64,000 nt of DNA from Jatrophihabitans sp. (GTDB lineage: Bacteria > Actinomycetota > Actinomycetes > Mycobacteriales > Jatrophihabitantaceae), in contig JBPCOE010000118.1 in NCBI GenBank assembly GCA_051000605.1, positions 16,682-80,681 on the forward strand. Reading direction: 5' to 3'. The notes beneath the pieces were generated by a model. The model was not told the origin of the DNA. It saw only the letters and a program-made list of their open reading frames with translations, and made no database searches. Below, one piece after another: positions 30,307 to 41,053 of this stretch (position 1 is the stretch's first letter; the number at the start of each line of letters is the position of its first letter). The position numbers were made by a program, and so were the translations under genes.

Positions 30307-30469
30307 CCGGGCGGTTCTCCTGATTCTGTGCACGCGATGGTGTGGTGCGCACCCGTTCCCGCTACCCGCCCGGGTAGGGGCTCCGGCCAACGCGTCCGGA
30401 GGTGGCTTCACCGCAGACGGCGAAGGTGGTGTGCGCTTTAGATTCGCGAGGATTGCCCCGCGATCGTCA

Positions 30470-30583
30470 TCAGCCCTGACGTTGCTTGTGGCGCAGGTTC
30501 TCGCAGATGACCATGACCCGACCGTGGCGACGGATGACCTTGCACTTGTCGCAGATCGGCTTGACGCTCGGCTTGACCTTCAC
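30470..30583 (-). CDS. rpmJ: 50S ribosomal protein L36 (Zn-binding form)
   Basis: Manual translation [37 protein letters not shown]. Confidence 0.98.
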   Translation of the reverse strand: MKVKPSVKPICDKCKVIRRHGRVMVICENLRHKQRQG

Positions 30584-30630
30584 GGCCGTGCCCTACTTTC
30601 TTGTGGCGCTTTCAGGTGGTGTGGAGGCAG

Positions 30631-30852
30631 TTACTTGTAGCGGTAGACGATGCGACCGCGGGTGAGGTCGTAGGGCGAGAGCTCGACGACGACCCGGTCC
30701 TCGGGAAGGATGCGGATGTAGTGCTGCCGCATCTTGCCGCTGATGTGGGCGAGCACCTTGTGCCCGTTGCTGAGTTCCACCCGGAACATCGCGTTGGGCA
30801 GCGGCTCGACCACTCGGCCTTCGACCTCGATGGCGCCGTCTTTCTTTGCCAT
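30631..30852 (-). CDS. infA: translation initiation factor IF-1
   Basis: [26 protein letters not shown]. Confidence 0.99.
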   Translation of the reverse strand: MAKKDGAIEVEGRVVEPLPNAMFRVELSNGHKVLAHISGKMRQHYIRILPEDRVVVELSPYDLTRGRIVYRYK

Positions 30853-31100
30853 GTCCTCCGCTTTTCAGCACTGACCGGCGTGCGCCGGACGTGCAGGTAA
30901 CTACGCTTCTGACTCAATCGGTGCATCGACGCGATCGTGAGGGATCCGGTCTTCGTCCGCGGCCACAGCGGAGCATATGAAGGACGGCGTGCGCCAACGA
31001 GCCAGTCTACCTAGCTACGTCCTCAGTCGCCAAAACGGGGTTCTAGAGCCGCCGACCAACTGCCCTGATGGGGCGGCGGAACGGACCGTACGGTGCAATA

Positions 31101-31715
31101 GTGGATACTGACGCAGCTCGTCCGTCGCTCGATGGCGCCGCCGCGAGACTGTGGCTGCAGAAATGGCGGTGGCATCACCGTCCGCGCCGGCCGTGGAACA
31201 TCGTTCGTCTGCACGTGGAACTGGCGAAGCGACAGGCGTTCGCCCGCGGTGCGCTGCACGGCAACCCGTTGCAGATGCTGCGCGAGGGACGGCTCGACAT
31301 CGGCCCGCAGGTCTACTTGGAGCCGGGCGTGTGGATCACCTCTGATTCCGGTCGGATCTCGATCGGCGGCGGCAGCCTGCTGAATCTGAACGTCATGGTC
31401 GCGGCGGTGGAGCGGGTCGATATCGGCGAGCACTGCATGCTCGCGAGCGGATGCGTTGTCACCGATGCCAACCACCGCTCCGACGACCTCGTCACCCCGG
31501 TGCCCTGGCAGGGGTTCACCAGCAAGGGCCCGGTCGTCATCGGTGACAACGTCTGGCTCGGTGCGAACGTCGTCGTCACCAGCGGGGTGACGATCGGCCG
31601 TCGCGCGGTGATCGGTGCGAACTCGGTGGTGACCACCGACGTCCCGGCGTTTGCGGTGGCTGCTGGCGCCCCGGCACGCGTCATCGCAACCATCCGGACC
31701 AACCCCGGCAGGTAG
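31101..31715 (+). CDS. left-handed beta-helix acyltransferase (maltose/galactoside O-acetyltransferase-like)
   Basis: Hexapeptide repeats VVIGDNVWLGANVVV, VIGANSVV, GAPARVI. Confidence 0.85.
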   Translation: MDTDAARPSLDGAAARLWLQKWRWHHRPRRPWNIVRLHVELAKRQAFARGALHGNPLQMLREGRLDIGPQVYLEPGVWITSDSGRISIGGGSLLNLNVMVAAVERVDIGEHCMLASGCVVTDANHRSDDLVTPVPWQGFTSKGPVVIGDNVWLGANVVVTSGVTIGRRAVIGANSVVTTDVPAFAVAAGAPARVIATIRTNPGR

Positions 31716-31830
31716 CACCGCGACGACCTCACGAAGGCAACCGGGGCCCGTTCGAGCCCGACAATGACTGCCGTCAGCGCGGCACTACGCATCGCGCCAA
31801 GACCGGCGTCGCTCCCGCATGATCCGATCG

Positions 31831-33384
31831 CTACTTGCGCACGGGCCGCTTGCGGGCCTCCTCGATACGGAGCCAGGGTAGGTAGAGGTCGCGCTGGAAG
31901 CTGTCGGGCCAGCGCTTCGCCAAGAACTCGAACTCGAAGGGACTCACATTGGGGGTGCGCGACTGCGATTCGAAGTGGTACAGCTCGCAGTCGGCGACCC
32001 ACAGCACGCGCAGCCCCGCATGCCGCACCTTGAGGGAGAGATCGACGTCGTTGTAGTTGCCCGGCAGACTCTCGCTCAGACCGCCGACCTGCTCGTACAC
32101 CTCACGGCGCAGCGCCGCGCACGCCGCCGTGACTCCCGAACACTCACGGGTGAGGACCAAGCTGGCGAACTCGCCCGGCGCTTCGTCGGACCATCGGTAG
32201 GCATGCCAAGGAAATGGTCTACGCCCAACGGAGGCATACAGGTGCCCACCGTGCTGGATGGTGCCGTCTGCGTAGTACAGCTTGGCGCCGGTCATGCCGA
32301 CGTCGGGCTCGGCCAGCGGCGCGACCAGCGCCTCCAGCCAGTTGTCGGAAATCACCTCGGTGTCGTCGTTGAGCAGTACGACTACGTCACCGCTCGCGCG
32401 CAGGAAGCCCAGATTGCACTTCTCGGAGAAGTTGAACGGCTCGCCGTAGGGCAGCAGGACAAGCCGGTCGCCGGCGATCTCGCGCAGCTGCGCCAGCGCG
32501 CCGGGCGGGGTGGGCTCGTCGTACACGACGACCACTTCGACGTCGCGGTGCTCGGTTTTGGCCAACGCGGTGCGGACGGCCTCCACCACGAAATATCGGG
32601 TCTCACCTGCTACCTCGCCGGTCTGCCCTCGCGTGGGCACGATCACGCTGACTCGGACGTCGGGGTCCAGCGTGCGAGTCACGCGGTGGTAACCCGGCAG
32701 CGGCCCGGGCGACACCGTGCCCGCGATGCCCCGCCGGTCGAGCTGGTCTTGCACCGCGGCGCGTGCGCCTTTGTCGGCCACTAACGCCGGGCGACGCGCC
32801 CGGTGGCACAGCACGCCCGGCAGGTGCGCGACGTCGCGCGCCCGCTCGGTTACCCGCAGCGTCAGGTCGTACTCCATCGTCGTCCCGCCGCGGTAACCAC
32901 CGACTTCTCTGACCAGCGCCGTACGCATGGCGCGGAACGCACCGATGTAGTCGCCGTGCCGGAGCCGTTCGGGCGACCAGGCGGGCTTGCGGATGACCTC
33001 ACGACCCGCGGCACCATCCGCGGCGGAAACATCGACATCGGCGTAGAGCACATCGACGTCGGGCGCAGCGTCGAGGGCTCGGGCAAGCCGGGCCAGCGCG
33101 TCCTTGGGCAGGGTGTCGCCGGGCTCGAAAACGACCAGGAAGGTTCCGAGTGCCGCCGTTATGGCCTGGTTGCGCAGCGTCGCCGCGTCAGCTCCGCAGG
33201 CTCCGTCGAGCACCCGAAGCCGCCGATCGGTCTGCTCAGCTATCCGAACGCCGCAGACAATCAGTTCCCAGTCCGTGAAGGACTGCGCGGACACCGAGGC
33301 GATGCTCGCCGATGTGAGATCAGGCTCGATCGAGTCCGCGTCCGCTGCCAGCAGCACCGAGAATTGTGGGGAAGCCAGGCTCAC
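31831..33384 (-). CDS. two-domain GT2 family glycosyltransferase
   Basis: YADVD, KPAWSPE, YDLTLR, PFNFSEKCN, LLNDDT, VTAACA, NDVDL motifs. Confidence 0.9.
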   Translation of the reverse strand: MSLASPQFSVLLAADADSIEPDLTSASIASVSAQSFTDWELIVCGVRIAEQTDRRLRVLDGACGADAATLRNQAITAALGTFLVVFEPGDTLPKDALARLARALDAAPDVDVLYADVDVSAADGAAGREVIRKPAWSPERLRHGDYIGAFRAMRTALVREVGGYRGGTTMEYDLTLRVTERARDVAHLPGVLCHRARRPALVADKGARAAVQDQLDRRGIAGTVSPGPLPGYHRVTRTLDPDVRVSVIVPTRGQTGEVAGETRYFVVEAVRTALAKTEHRDVEVVVVYDEPTPPGALAQLREIAGDRLVLLPYGEPFNFSEKCNLGFLRASGDVVVLLNDDTEVISDNWLEALVAPLAEPDVGMTGAKLYYADGTIQHGGHLYASVGRRPFPWHAYRWSDEAPGEFASLVLTRECSGVTAACAALRREVYEQVGGLSESLPGNYNDVDLSLKVRHAGLRVLWVADCELYHFESQSRTPNVSPFEFEFLAKRWPDSFQRDLYLPWLRIEEARKRPVRK

Positions 33385-33716
33385 TGTCTACCTCGACGGC
33401 GGCGCAGCCGCGCCGCAGGACGTACCAGCAGCCGACCTGCCCGCCACGTCGTCGACGCGCGCATGGCTGCAATGTCCTTGCGCAGCCGGTCGCGTTCGGC
33501 CGTCAGCTTGCGGGCGCGAGAAACTTCCCGATCGACGTCCGCCGTCAGCTGGACGTTCAAGCGACGCAGGTAATCCAGCTCCGCCTCAGCGCCGACAGCC
33601 CGGTCGGTAGCTCGCAGCAGGTCGTGGCGCAAGCCGACGATGGCGACCAGGGTCTGGTCATGATCGAACGGAACGACAGCGGCGCCCGGCTGCGGCTCGG
33701 CTAGCGGGTCGGTCAC
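33381..33716 (-). CDS. small coiled-coil protein
   Basis: Heptad-like middle and basic STTWRAGRLL tail; GTGA overlaps on both sides. Confidence 0.65.
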   Translation of the reverse strand: MTDPLAEPQPGAAVVPFDHDQTLVAIVGLRHDLLRATDRAVGAEAELDYLRRLNVQLTADVDREVSRARKLTAERDRLRKDIAAMRASTTWRAGRLLVRPAARLRRRRGRQ

Positions 33717-34630
33717 GGCCGTCCACTCGGGTGCGTCCAGCGACGTGCCCGCCGAGCCGCGCGCGCGGCGAGTTGGCGGCTCGGAGCGCTGTTCGGGGCA
33801 GGTGTCGACGGGCCCTTGGCCAGCTCGGCCACCCGAGTGGCGAGTGCGCTCTCGCGGGCGCGCAGTTCGCGTACCAATCGTCGCTGCTCGTCAAGCTGAG
33901 TGGTCAACGCGTCGACCAGGATCGCCTGCTGCGAACTGACCTGCACCGCGTCGTCCGGCACTACCCGTACGACGAACTGATAGGTCGTGGCCTCCGGGTC
34001 GGTGCGGAGCGCGTCCACCACGCGGGGATCGAAGTCCGCCTCGCGAACACCGACCTCGGTCTTGAACAACTCCGCTCTGGTGCGCCGCAGCTCGATCATC
34101 GTGAAACCGGCGTCGTGGACGAAGTCGACGAGGGAGGCCTTCGTGAAAAACCGCGTGTGCGTGTCGTCAAGCAAGCCGGTTTTGGTGTACCGGAACTGAC
34201 CGTGCAGCAGGGCCAGCCGCACGTCCCCGTGAGCGATGTTCGGCACCGAGATCAGCACACAGCCACCGGGAGCGACCAAGCCGCGCGCCTGACGTAGCAC
34301 CGGCAGCGGATCGCGCAGGTGCTCCAGAACGTCCCCGAACACGACGACGTCGAAGCTCGCGTGACCGAAGGCGACGGCCAGGTCGACCGTCTCGAGGTCG
34401 CCGACCTCGACGCGGTTGTAGCGGGTCCGGGCGACGTCCGCGGCGCTGTGATTGGACTCGAATCCGGAGGTGACGTTACCGAATGCTGCGAGTTGCTCGC
34501 CGAGGTAGCCGGTGTCACAGCCGATGTCCAGCACCCGCTTGTTGGCACCGACCATCGTCACCAGAAAGGCGTGGCTCGTGCCCGGCTGCTTGGCAAGGTC
34601 GAGCTCAATGTCGTACTTGGATACGGCCAA
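33713..34630 (-). CDS. class I SAM-dependent methyltransferase with C-terminal coiled coil
   Basis: VLDIGCDTG, FDVVVFGDVLEHL, ISVPNIAH, LLDDTHTRFFT; TTG start after GAGGAG. Confidence 0.88.
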   Translation of the reverse strand: MAVSKYDIELDLAKQPGTSHAFLVTMVGANKRVLDIGCDTGYLGEQLAAFGNVTSGFESNHSAADVARTRYNRVEVGDLETVDLAVAFGHASFDVVVFGDVLEHLRDPLPVLRQARGLVAPGGCVLISVPNIAHGDVRLALLHGQFRYTKTGLLDDTHTRFFTKASLVDFVHDAGFTMIELRRTRAELFKTEVGVREADFDPRVVDALRTDPEATTYQFVVRVVPDDAVQVSSQQAILVDALTTQLDEQRRLVRELRARESALATRVAELAKGPSTPAPNSAPSRQLAARAARRARRWTHPSGRP

Positions 34631-34671
34631 GGCACTCCTCCGTCCGCTTCGCCGAGACGCTAGCAGCCGAA

Positions 34672-34702
34672 AGGCCGGACACCTGAAAAAGGTGTCCGGC
34701 CT
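34672..34702 (-). terminator. stem-loop terminator/attenuator after the surface-protein gene
   Basis: Perfect 13-bp stem aggccggacacct/aggtgtccggcct with 5-nt loop, 20 nt after the stop. Confidence 0.75.
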
Positions 34703-34721
34703 CCCGGTAGTGCCGGAGGTG

Positions 34722-36473
34722 CTACTGCGCGTTACGCACCTGGCTCCCAGCTGGTGCCTGTACATCTGCCGGGATGTAGCCCACGACGTCCACCGCCGCG
34801 TTCATCGACGACCCCTCGGTGGCCAGCGTGATGGCCCCACCGTCGCCGAGTGGCACGATCGCCAGGTTGGCGACGTCGGTGTTCGGGCCGATGTAGTTGA
34901 TGTTGCTGACCACCGGCTTGATCGGACCGGGGTAGGCCCGCAGGTTTCCGACGCCCTTGCCACCCGTGACATGGATCGCGGTGAGGCTGACGACGACCGC
35001 CTTCGCGTCGGTCGGGACACCGCTGGTGGTCCCTGTGGTGACGGGGACGACCCGCGGCGTGCCGGCGACGATTGGGCCGCCCGTGTTACGGCTGTCGTAC
35101 ACCCGAACCGGAGGCTGGGTGATGGCCTGCGACGACACCGGCAGGTAGCCGAAGACGTCGATCGCCACGTTCGTCGAGGAGTGGTCGGAGTACAGCGTGA
35201 CCTTGCCGTCCGAGGACAGCTTTGTGATCACGAACGCTGCCTTGTCGACGCCCGGGACGTAGTTGACGTTGCTGCTCGTCGGCACCGGGTTATCGGCCGG
35301 GTACACCCGGAGGTTGCCGACACCGCTGGGCTGGCTTGCGGTGACGTTGATCGCCACAGACGTCGTACCGCTCGGGATGTTCCCCGCGCCGGTGACCTGG
35401 AAGGTCTTCGACGTGTTGGCGGGGATGGCGCCGGCGTCACCGCCGGTGCCGGTGCGCGTGTCCACGATGCGGGCCGGTGACACACCGGCGAAGCCGGTTG
35501 TCGAGCTGAAATACCCCTGCAGATCGATCACCACGTTCGCCGAGGCGGTGTCGCTGTAGACGGTGAACTTGTTGCAGAGCTGCCCGGCGGAGCCGAGGTT
35601 GGAAACGACCAGGTCGTTGGCGACGTCCTTCTGGGGCTGGTAGTTCACGATCGACGTGGTCGGCGGGCTCGGGTTACCGCACGCCGCGCTGATCCGCAGG
35701 TTGCCCGTTCGGGACGGCTGAACGCCGGTCACGTTGAACACGTAGGCGGCCTCGTTCAGCGGCACGTCGGTCTTCGTGAGGTCGAGCACGTAGCTCGTGT
35801 TGTTCCCCACCAAAGGGCCGGGGTTCAACGGGTTCGCGACTCGGGTGTCGACGATCCGGGTCGGAGTGACCGCAACGTACTGCGACTCGACGCGCACGGT
35901 GTCCGTGTCACTGGCCAGGGCCACGGTCCCCGAACCGACTACCTGATCGAGGGTGACGGTGCTGGTGAGCGTGCCGGTGGGTGCACCGCCACGCACCGAG
36001 ATCCGGAAGTTGCTGGTCAGCGTCGTGTTGGCGGGGAAGGTGAACCCGGCCGCGGGGCCGAAGGAGCCGGTGATCGCACCACCGGTGGCGGTCGTCGAAC
36101 CGGTGAGGGGCACGGGGGCGAACGTGCCGGTCGGGTTGCCCATCGCGTCGGGGAGCGCGTACTCCAAGGTGATGTCGCTTGCACTCAAGCCCGGGTCACC
36201 GGTGAGGCTGATGTCGTAGCGTGCGTTGTTGATGGCCTGGGTGCTGTTGTTCATAGCAGTCCCGCTGAACGAGGTCGCCGGGTCACCGGTCGTGATCTTT
36301 GTCGGGGTCGCCACTGCGATCGTCTGGGCGGGGGTCACCGCGTCCGCGGTCGTGCTCAGCGCCAACGCGCCGGCTGAGACCAGAGCGGCCGCGGTCAGCG
36401 TGCCCGCTGCCCGTCGAAGCCAGTGTTGGGTTCCGTGCACCTGTAACGGCCGTAGCCGGCTAGGCCTTGTCAT
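34722..36473 (-). CDS. large secreted Ser/Thr-rich protein with three tandem ~120-aa beta repeats (candidate surface-layer protein)
   Basis: Signal peptide ending TTADA; repeats begin TPTRIVDTR, SPARIVDTR, PPVRVYDSR, each followed by GNLR and N..IV motifs. Confidence 0.75.
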   Translation of the reverse strand: MTRPSRLRPLQVHGTQHWLRRAAGTLTAAALVSAGALALSTTADAVTPAQTIAVATPTKITTGDPATSFSGTAMNNSTQAINNARYDISLTGDPGLSASDITLEYALPDAMGNPTGTFAPVPLTGSTTATGGAITGSFGPAAGFTFPANTTLTSNFRISVRGGAPTGTLTSTVTLDQVVGSGTVALASDTDTVRVESQYVAVTPTRIVDTRVANPLNPGPLVGNNTSYVLDLTKTDVPLNEAAYVFNVTGVQPSRTGNLRISAACGNPSPPTTSIVNYQPQKDVANDLVVSNLGSAGQLCNKFTVYSDTASANVVIDLQGYFSSTTGFAGVSPARIVDTRTGTGGDAGAIPANTSKTFQVTGAGNIPSGTTSVAINVTASQPSGVGNLRVYPADNPVPTSSNVNYVPGVDKAAFVITKLSSDGKVTLYSDHSSTNVAIDVFGYLPVSSQAITQPPVRVYDSRNTGGPIVAGTPRVVPVTTGTTSGVPTDAKAVVVSLTAIHVTGGKGVGNLRAYPGPIKPVVSNINYIGPNTDVANLAIVPLGDGGAITLATEGSSMNAAVDVVGYIPADVQAPAGSQVRNAQ

Positions 36474-36710
36474 GAATTTCCCTTCGAAGTGGTGTGCTGA
36501 CCAGTCAGCCAGCGGGTGCGGAGCGTGATGCCGAGTCGAAAGCTCGAGCGGATCCGACTCAAGATCGCAGATAGGATCTCGGCGGGTCGGAGTATCCCTC
36601 CATTTCAGCCCGAGCGGGCAACGCCTCCAGCCGAGCGCAGCTGGGAGATCAATAAGCGGCGGACGTAGACTAACCCAACTTGTCAATGTTCATACCGCGA
36701 ACCACCGATG

Positions 36711-37562
36711 TCACGAGATGTGAGATTTGGCCGCGAGGGCGGACAGCTCGATGCCACGCTCGGCGAGCCCGGCGCGTCCCCCATCCAGGGCAGTGAGCAC
36801 CCAGGGGCCGTCGTCGAGGATCGCGACCGTGTGTTCCCAGTGCGCAGCCCACGAGCCGTCGGTGGTGGTCACCGTCCAGCCGTCGTCACGCTCCTGCGTC
36901 GTCCGCGAGCCGAGGGTGACCATGGGTTCGATGGCCACCGTCATGCCCGCCCGCAGCTGCGGGCCCTTGCCCGGACGCCCGTAGTTGAGGATGTGCGGCG
37001 CCATGTGCATCTCGGTGCCGATGCCATGCCCGCCATAGCCGGCGACGATGCCGTAGCGGCCCGAGCCGCGGACCGACTTCTCGACCGCATGCGATATGTC
37101 GGTGAGCCGCCGGCCCACCTGCGCCATCGCCAGGCCGTCCCACAGCGAACGTTCGCAGGCGGAGTTGAGGCGAGCGACGTCCTCGCCGACCGCCCCGACC
37201 GGCACCGAAACCGCGGCGTCGCCGTGCCACCCGTCGACGATTGCGCCGAAGTCGATCGAGATGAGATCGCCCTCCCGCAGCTTCTCGGCGTCAGAGGGGA
37301 TGCCGTGCACCACGCGGTCGTTGACGGACGCGCAGATCACGCCGGGGTAGGGGCCCGAGCCGATGTCATAGCCGAGAAATGACGACGTGGCGCCCGCCTT
37401 CGCCAGGATCTCGCGAGCCAAGCTGTCGAGCTCGCCGGTCGAGACGCCCGGCGCCACGGCCTCGCGCATCGACTCGAGCGCGTGGGCTACGACGAGCCCG
37501 GCCTCGCGCATCACCGCGATCTGTTCGGGCGACTTGAGTTGAATCCGTTCCGGGCCGCGCAT
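36711..37562 (-). CDS. map: type I methionine aminopeptidase
   Basis: SVNDRVVHGIP, DFGAIVDGWHGD, GHGIG, AIEPM, HWEHT. Confidence 0.97.
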   Translation of the reverse strand: MRGPERIQLKSPEQIAVMREAGLVVAHALESMREAVAPGVSTGELDSLAREILAKAGATSSFLGYDIGSGPYPGVICASVNDRVVHGIPSDAEKLREGDLISIDFGAIVDGWHGDAAVSVPVGAVGEDVARLNSACERSLWDGLAMAQVGRRLTDISHAVEKSVRGSGRYGIVAGYGGHGIGTEMHMAPHILNYGRPGKGPQLRAGMTVAIEPMVTLGSRTTQERDDGWTVTTTDGSWAAHWEHTVAILDDGPWVLTALDGGRAGLAERGIELSALAAKSHIS

Positions 37563-37564
37563 CG

Positions 37565-38218
37565 TCAGTCCGCGAACGGAACCAGCGCTGCGATCGCGCG
37601 CTCTGTGACGTCCTCGACCGCCCCGAGCGCGTCGATCGCGACCAGCTTGTCGAGCGCGCGGTAGAAGTCGATCAGCGGCGCTGTCTGGTGGGCGTAGACG
37701 TCCAGGCGATGCCGGACGGTGTCGGGCAGATCGTCGTCGCGCTGGTACAGCTCGCCGCCGCACCGGTCACAGAGCTGGGCCCGCGACGGCGCGTCGAAAT
37801 CGATGTGCCACACGTGCCCGCATTTCTTGCAGGTCCGCCGGCCGGACAGACGCTTCACGACCTTTTCGTGCTCGACCTCGAGGTCGAGCACGACGGACAG
37901 CGACGAACCGATGTCGTCCAGGATGCCGCCGAGAACCTCGGCCTGCGCGGTGTTGCGCGGGAACCCGTCAAGCAGAAAGCCGTCAATCGCGTCGGCCTCG
38001 GCCAACCTGTCACGCACCATCGCGTTCGTGACCTCGTCGGGGACGAGATCGCCGGCGTCCATGTACTTCTTGGCCTGCTGTCCGAGCTCGGTACCGCCGG
38101 AGACATTGGCGCGGAAAATGTCACCGGTCGAAACCTTGGGGATGCCGAACCGCTCGGCGATGAACTCAGCCTGGGTCCCCTTGCCCGCCCCGGGCGGGCC
38201 TACGAGTACCAATCTCAC
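37565..38218 (-). CDS. adk: adenylate kinase (Zn-lid type)
   Basis: [22 protein letters not shown]...CDRC. Confidence 0.98.
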   Translation of the reverse strand: MRLVLVGPPGAGKGTQAEFIAERFGIPKVSTGDIFRANVSGGTELGQQAKKYMDAGDLVPDEVTNAMVRDRLAEADAIDGFLLDGFPRNTAQAEVLGGILDDIGSSLSVVLDLEVEHEKVVKRLSGRRTCKKCGHVWHIDFDAPSRAQLCDRCGGELYQRDDDLPDTVRHRLDVYAHQTAPLIDFYRALDKLVAIDALGAVEDVTERAIAALVPFAD

Positions 38219-38246
38219 GTCGAGCTGCCTTCCGTTGTCAGGGTGA

Positions 38247-39554
38247 TCAGCGAAGGAAGCCCTCGTAATTGCGCTGCATCAACTGGCTCTCGATCTGCTT
38301 CACGGTGTCCAGTCCGACGCCGACCATGATCAGCACGGCGACGCCGCCGAACGGAAAGTTCTGATTGTTGCCACTCGTAAGGGTGAAGAAGAACGTCGGC
38401 AGGATCGCCACGATACCGAGATACAGCGAGCCCGGGAACGTGATGCGGGACAGGACGAACTGCAGGTATTCGGCCGTTGGACGCCCCGGGCGGATGCCTG
38501 GGATGAACCCGCCGTACTTCTTCATGTCGTCGGCCCGCTCGACCGGGTCGAAGGTGATGCCGACGTAGAAGTACGCGAAGAAGATGATCAGCAGGAAGTA
38601 GGTGATCAGGTAGGACGGTGCGGTCTGGTCCAGCAGGTACGTGTTAACCCACTTGGCGAAGCCGCTGGTGTTGTTCTTGCTGACCAACTGGCTGATCAGT
38701 TGCGGTATGTAGAGCAACGACGACGCGAAGATCACCGGGATCACGCCGGCCTGATTGACCTTCAACGGCAGATAGGTCGATGTCCCGCCGTACTGCCGTC
38801 GGCCGACCATTCGCTTGGCGTACTGCACAGGGATGCGGCGCTGCGCCTGCTCCACGAACACCACCGCCACGATGATCGCGAGGCTCAGCAACATGATCAG
38901 GACGAAGACGAATGCGCCGCCGTTCTGCAGCAGGACCCGACCCTCGGCCGGGATTCGGGCCGCGATCGAGGTGAACATCAGCACGCTCATGCCGTTGCCG
39001 ACCCCGCGGTCGGTGATGAGCTCGCCGAGCCACATGATCACACCGGTACCGGCCGTCATCGTCAGGACCATGACGGTCAGGGTGGTGACGTCCGTGCGGT
39101 AGAGAATGTGGCTCGAACAACCCTGGAAGAGCTGCCCGGACCGCGCGAGGGCGATGAACCCGGTGGACTGCAAGATGCCCAGGCCGATGGTGAGGTACCG
39201 GCTGTACTGGGTCAGCTTGTTCTGGCCGGACTGGCCTTCCTTCTTCAACTGCTCGAAGCGCGGGATGACCACGACGAGCAGCTGGATGATGATGCTCGCG
39301 GTGATGTAGGGCATGATGCCGAGCGCGAACACCGACAGCTTGAGCAGCGCGCCGCCGGAGAACAGGTTGATCAGGGAGTAGACGTTCTTGCTGTCCTGCG
39401 ACGCCGACGACAGGCAGCTGTTGATCGCAGAGGTGTTGGTGTTCGGGGTTGGGACGGACGCGCCGAGACGATAGAGCGCGATCATCGCCAGCGTGAAGAG
39501 GAGTTTCTTCCGCAGATCAGGCGTGCGAAACGCCGAGGTGAACGCCCTGAGCAC
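38247..39554 (-). CDS. secY: preprotein translocase SecY
   Basis: [33 protein letters not shown]. Confidence 0.98.
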   Translation of the reverse strand: MLRAFTSAFRTPDLRKKLLFTLAMIALYRLGASVPTPNTNTSAINSCLSSASQDSKNVYSLINLFSGGALLKLSVFALGIMPYITASIIIQLLVVVIPRFEQLKKEGQSGQNKLTQYSRYLTIGLGILQSTGFIALARSGQLFQGCSSHILYRTDVTTLTVMVLTMTAGTGVIMWLGELITDRGVGNGMSVLMFTSIAARIPAEGRVLLQNGGAFVFVLIMLLSLAIIVAVVFVEQAQRRIPVQYAKRMVGRRQYGGTSTYLPLKVNQAGVIPVIFASSLLYIPQLISQLVSKNNTSGFAKWVNTYLLDQTAPSYLITYFLLIIFFAYFYVGITFDPVERADDMKKYGGFIPGIRPGRPTAEYLQFVLSRITFPGSLYLGIVAILPTFFFTLTSGNNQNFPFGGVAVLIMVGVGLDTVKQIESQLMQRNYEGFLR

Positions 39555-39700
39555 GGGTCCTCCTGAGATACTGCCGAAAATCGACACGAACCGGTCAGCT
39601 TGCCGACGCGGGTCTGGTGATGGTCAGGCCGCCGTGAGTGTCGACTGGTGTTCGACCAGGCTAACAGTCGTCGGTTTGCCGGCCGCTCCGTGCGACTGCG

Positions 39701-40147
39701 TCAACCAGTGGTGGCCGTTCCGCCGGCCGCCGCGATCTTCTCGCGCGCGGTGTCGGAGAATGCGTCGGCGGTGACGTCGAGCTTGACCCCGAGGTCGCCG
39801 TTGCCGAGCACCTTGACCGGCTCGCCCTTGCGCACGGCGCCGGACCCGACCAGCTCGGCGACGCCGATCGTGCCGCCCTCGGGGAACAGCGACGCGAGCT
39901 GCGCGACGTTGACCACCTGGAAGGCGACCTTGTTGCGGTTTTTGAAACCTCGCAGCTTCGGCAGCCGCATGTGGATCGGAGTGGCGCCACCCTCGAACCC
40001 GACCGGAACCTGGTATCGGGCGCCGGTGCCCTTGGTGCCGCGACCGGCGGTCTTGCCCTTGGAACCCTCACCACGGCCGACGCGGGTCTTCTTGGTGTGC
40101 GATCCCGACGCGGGTTTGAGGTGATGAACCTTCAGATTGGTGCCCAT
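39701..40147 (-). CDS. rplO: 50S ribosomal protein L15
   Basis: [21 protein letters not shown]. Confidence 0.97.
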   Translation of the reverse strand: MGTNLKVHHLKPASGSHTKKTRVGRGEGSKGKTAGRGTKGTGARYQVPVGFEGGATPIHMRLPKLRGFKNRNKVAFQVVNVAQLASLFPEGGTIGVAELVGSGAVRKGEPVKVLGNGDLGVKLDVTADAFSDTAREKIAAAGGTATTG

Positions 40148-40150
40148 GAT

Positions 40151-40333
40151 TTAGTCGACCTCCTCGACCGTCACGAGGTGCGTGACGGTGTGGACCATGC
40201 CGCGGATCTCCGGGCGGTCCTCCTTGACCACGGTGTCGTGCATGCGCTTGAGCCCGAGGCTGCGCAGCGTGTCCCGCTGGTTCTGCCTGTAACCGATGCC
40301 AGACTTCGTCTGGGTGATCTTGAGACGGCTCAT
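40151..40333 (-). CDS. rpmD: 50S ribosomal protein L30
   Basis: [24 protein letters not shown]. Confidence 0.96.
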   Translation of the reverse strand: MSRLKITQTKSGIGYRQNQRDTLRSLGLKRMHDTVVKEDRPEIRGMVHTVTHLVTVEEVD

Positions 40334-40335
40334 GA

Positions 40336-41007
40336 TCAGGCGCCCTGTCCGGCCCGCGCCCGCAGCATGCCGGCGGGGGCGACGTCCTCGAGCGGCAGGC
40401 CGCGACGGGCCGCCACTTCTTCGGGACGCACGAGACCCTTCAGAGCCGCGATCGTGGCGTGCACGATGTTGATCGGATTGTCCGAGCCGAGCGACTTCGA
40501 CAGGACGTCGTGGATGCCGGCGCACTCGAGGACGGCACGCACCGGGCCACCGGCGATGACGCCGGTACCGGGGCTGGCCGGCTTCAGCAGCACGACGCCG
40601 GCCGCGGCCTCACCCTGGATCGGGTGCGGGATCGTCTGCTGGATCCGCGGAACCTTGAAGAAGTTCTTCTTCGCCTCCTCGACGCCCTTGGCGATCGCGG
40701 CCGGGACCTCTTTGGCCTTGCCGTAGCCGACGCCGACCGTGCCGTCGCCGTCACCGACGATCACCAGGGCGGTGAAGCTGAAGCGCCGACCACCCTTGAC
40801 GACCTTGGCGACGCGGTTGATGGTGACGACGCGCTCGAGATGCGAATTCTTCTCCGCGGCGTTGCCGCCCCGGCCGCCGTCGCGACGGTCCCGGCGATCG
40901 CCACGACCCGCTGGGCCGCCGGGTCCACCGCTGCCCGGGGCGCCGCTGCCCTGGCCGCCGCCCTGATCGTTGCCGCCCGTTCGGCCTCCCCGTTGCGGTC
41001 CCGGCAT
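40336..41007 (-). CDS. rpsE: 30S ribosomal protein S5
   Basis: [24 protein letters not shown]; Gly-rich N-terminal extension. Confidence 0.98.
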   Translation of the reverse strand: MPGPQRGGRTGGNDQGGGQGSGAPGSGGPGGPAGRGDRRDRRDGGRGGNAAEKNSHLERVVTINRVAKVVKGGRRFSFTALVIVGDGDGTVGVGYGKAKEVPAAIAKGVEEAKKNFFKVPRIQQTIPHPIQGEAAAGVVLLKPASPGTGVIAGGPVRAVLECAGIHDVLSKSLGSDNPINIVHATIAALKGLVRPEEVAARRGLPLEDVAPAGMLRARAGQGA

Positions 41008-41053
41008 CAGATCGTCCCTTCGGTTGCGGTGCACTTCGGAAATGCGATGAACA

